Assembly: GCA_034521595.1 (NCBI GenBank)
Contig: JAXHMG010000003.1
Coordinates: 2,784,001-2,848,000 of the forward strand
Direction: 5' to 3'
DNA length: 64,000 nt
Origin: Gemmatimonadota bacterium
Lineage (GTDB): Bacteria > Gemmatimonadota > Gemmatimonadetes > Longimicrobiales > Gaopeijiaceae
Position numbers and translations under genes: made by a program. Positions 62,378 to 64,000 of the stretch are shown here, piece after piece (positions within the stretch are counted from its first letter, which is position 1; every line of letters begins with the position of its first letter). The notes beneath the pieces were generated by a model. The model did not search any database. It worked only from the letters and a program-made list of their open reading frames with translations, and was not told the DNA's origin.

Positions 62378-63793
62378 ATGCCTCAGAACGACACGATCAA
62401 AGACCTCAACCTCGACGAACATCGGTACGACTTCGTCACCGAGGGCAAGCCCAAGTTCCGGGCGGAGAAGGGCCTGTCGGAGGCGGTCGTACGGCAGATC
62501 TCGGAGCACAAGGAAGAGCCGGAGTGGATGCTCGAGTACCGCCTGAAGGCGCTCGACATCTACAACAAGAAGCCGATGCCCACCTGGGGCGGCGACCTGA
62601 CCGACCTCGAAGACACCCTCGAAGAGATCTACTTCTACGTCCGCCCCCAGGACAAGATGGAGCGCTCCTGGGACGACGTCCCCGACGAGATCAAGGACAC
62701 GTTCGAGAAGCTCGGCATCCCCGAGGCAGAGCGGAACGTTCTGGCCGGGGTGGGTGCGCAGTACGAGTCCGAGATGGTCTACCACTCGCTCAAGCAGGAG
62801 TGGGAGGAGCAGGGCGTCATCTTCGATTCGATCGAGGACGGCCTGAAGAACCATCCGGAGATCTTCCGCGAGTACTTCGGCACGGTGATTCCGGCCGGGG
62901 ACAACAAGTTCGCCGCGATGAACGCGGCGGTGTGGTCGGGCGGCTCCTTCGTCTACATCCCGAAGGGCGTGTCGCTCGAGACGCCGCTGCAGGCCTATTT
63001 CCGCGTCAACTCGGAGCGGATGGGTCAGTTCGAGCGGACGCTCATCATCGTCGAGGAAGGCGCGCAGGCGCACTACATCGAAGGCTGCACGGCGCCGGTC
63101 TACTCCACCGAGTCGTTCCACTCGGGCGTCATCGAGATCGTGGTCAAGGACAACGCGCGCTTCCGCTACACGACGATCCAGAACTGGTCGAACAACATGT
63201 ACAACCTGGTGACCCAGCGGGCGATGGTCGAAGCCGGGGGGCACATGGAATGGCTGGACGGGAACCTGGGCTCGAAGCTCACCATGAAGTACCCCTCCTG
63301 CTACCTGCTGGGCGAGGGCGCGCACGGAGAGATCCTCTCCATCGCGTACTCCGGCAACGGTCAGCACCAGGACACGGGCGGCAAGGTCGTGCACGTCGCG
63401 CCGAACACGACGTCCTCGATCGTCTCGAAGTCGATCTCGAAGGGGACCGGACGGTCTACCTACCGGGGTCTGTGCAAGGTCTACGAGGGCGCGCACCACG
63501 CCCGCTCGAACGTCGAGTGCGACGCGCTGCTCATCAACGATACCTCGCGCACCGACACCTACCCCTACATCGAGATCGACGAGCAGGACGCGAACGTCGG
63601 GCACGAGGCCTCCGTCTCGAAGATCGGGGAGGAGCAGCTCTTCTACCTGACCAGCCGGGGCATTCCGGAGGACGAGGCGATGGCCATGATCGTGCGCGGC
63701 TTCATCGAGCCGATCGCCAAGGAGCTGCCGCTGGAGTACGCGGTCGAGCTCAACCGCCTCATCGAGCTCGAGATGGAAGGCTCGGTCGGTTGA
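62378..63793 (+). CDS. sufB: Fe-S cluster assembly protein
   Basis: [25 protein letters not shown] and [14 protein letters not shown]. Confidence 0.97.
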   Translation: MPQNDTIKDLNLDEHRYDFVTEGKPKFRAEKGLSEAVVRQISEHKEEPEWMLEYRLKALDIYNKKPMPTWGGDLTDLEDTLEEIYFYVRPQDKMERSWDDVPDEIKDTFEKLGIPEAERNVLAGVGAQYESEMVYHSLKQEWEEQGVIFDSIEDGLKNHPEIFREYFGTVIPAGDNKFAAMNAAVWSGGSFVYIPKGVSLETPLQAYFRVNSERMGQFERTLIIVEEGAQAHYIEGCTAPVYSTESFHSGVIEIVVKDNARFRYTTIQNWSNNMYNLVTQRAMVEAGGHMEWLDGNLGSKLTMKYPSCYLLGEGAHGEILSIAYSGNGQHQDTGGKVVHVAPNTTSSIVSKSISKGTGRSTYRGLCKVYEGAHHARSNVECDALLINDTSRTDTYPYIEIDEQDANVGHEASVSKIGEEQLFYLTSRGIPEDEAMAMIVRGFIEPIAKELPLEYAVELNRLIELEMEGSVG

Positions 63794-63827
63794 CCGGGGC
63801 TCCGCTCCCGCAGCGCACTTCACACCC

Positions 63828-64000
63828 ATGCACGATATCGGCTTCATGGAAGGCATTACCGACGCGTTGAACGGCGCCGCGGTCGAGCACGTCTCACGGG
63901 GCGAGCCCGAGTGGCTCCGCGAGCGCCGCGCCCACGCCTGGGACGTCTACGAGCGGACCCCGCTCCCGACGACCAAGCTGGAGGAGTGGCGCTACACCGA
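63828..64000 (+). CDS. sufD: Fe-S cluster assembly protein (partial, runs off the window)
   Basis: EPEWLRERRAHAW...LPTTKLEEWRYT following sufB. Confidence 0.8.
   Translation, partial: MHDIGFMEGITDALNGAAVEHVSRGEPEWLRERRAHAWDVYERTPLPTTKLEEWRYT

Overview
High-GC bacterial window. The gene content (PadR plus duplicated orphan permease, REC-like/AraC regulator, propeller sensor) suggests Gemmatimonadota or a relative, but this is inference. The left part (1-30 kb) is mostly housekeeping and metabolic: Na/Ca antiporter, polX, ligA, class V aminotransferase, M28 peptidase, carbonic anhydrase, lutABC, USP, MBL hydrolase, a propeller hybrid kinase, an ECF operon, PadR plus permease and a D-aminoacylase. 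From about 30.3 to 48.1 kb is an accessory region with four toxin-antitoxin modules around a signalling cluster. That cluster holds a multi-PAS hybrid kinase, a CarH-like B12-binding protein, a histidine kinase, a LuxR response regulator, kaiB, kaiC, a second hybrid kinase and a heme oxygenase fused to a putative globin/phycobiliprotein-like domain. My best candidate for an undescribed system is this KaiBC module, which has no kaiA in the window and may receive B12/bilin light or redox input. From 48.2 to 61.2 kb is a complete type I-G (I-U) CRISPR-Cas locus with about 48 repeats, divergent from sufCB and a partial sufD. An 11-bp-phased TGAGTA triplet occurs at two unrelated intergenic sites. 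All calls are by motif recognition; no searches were run.
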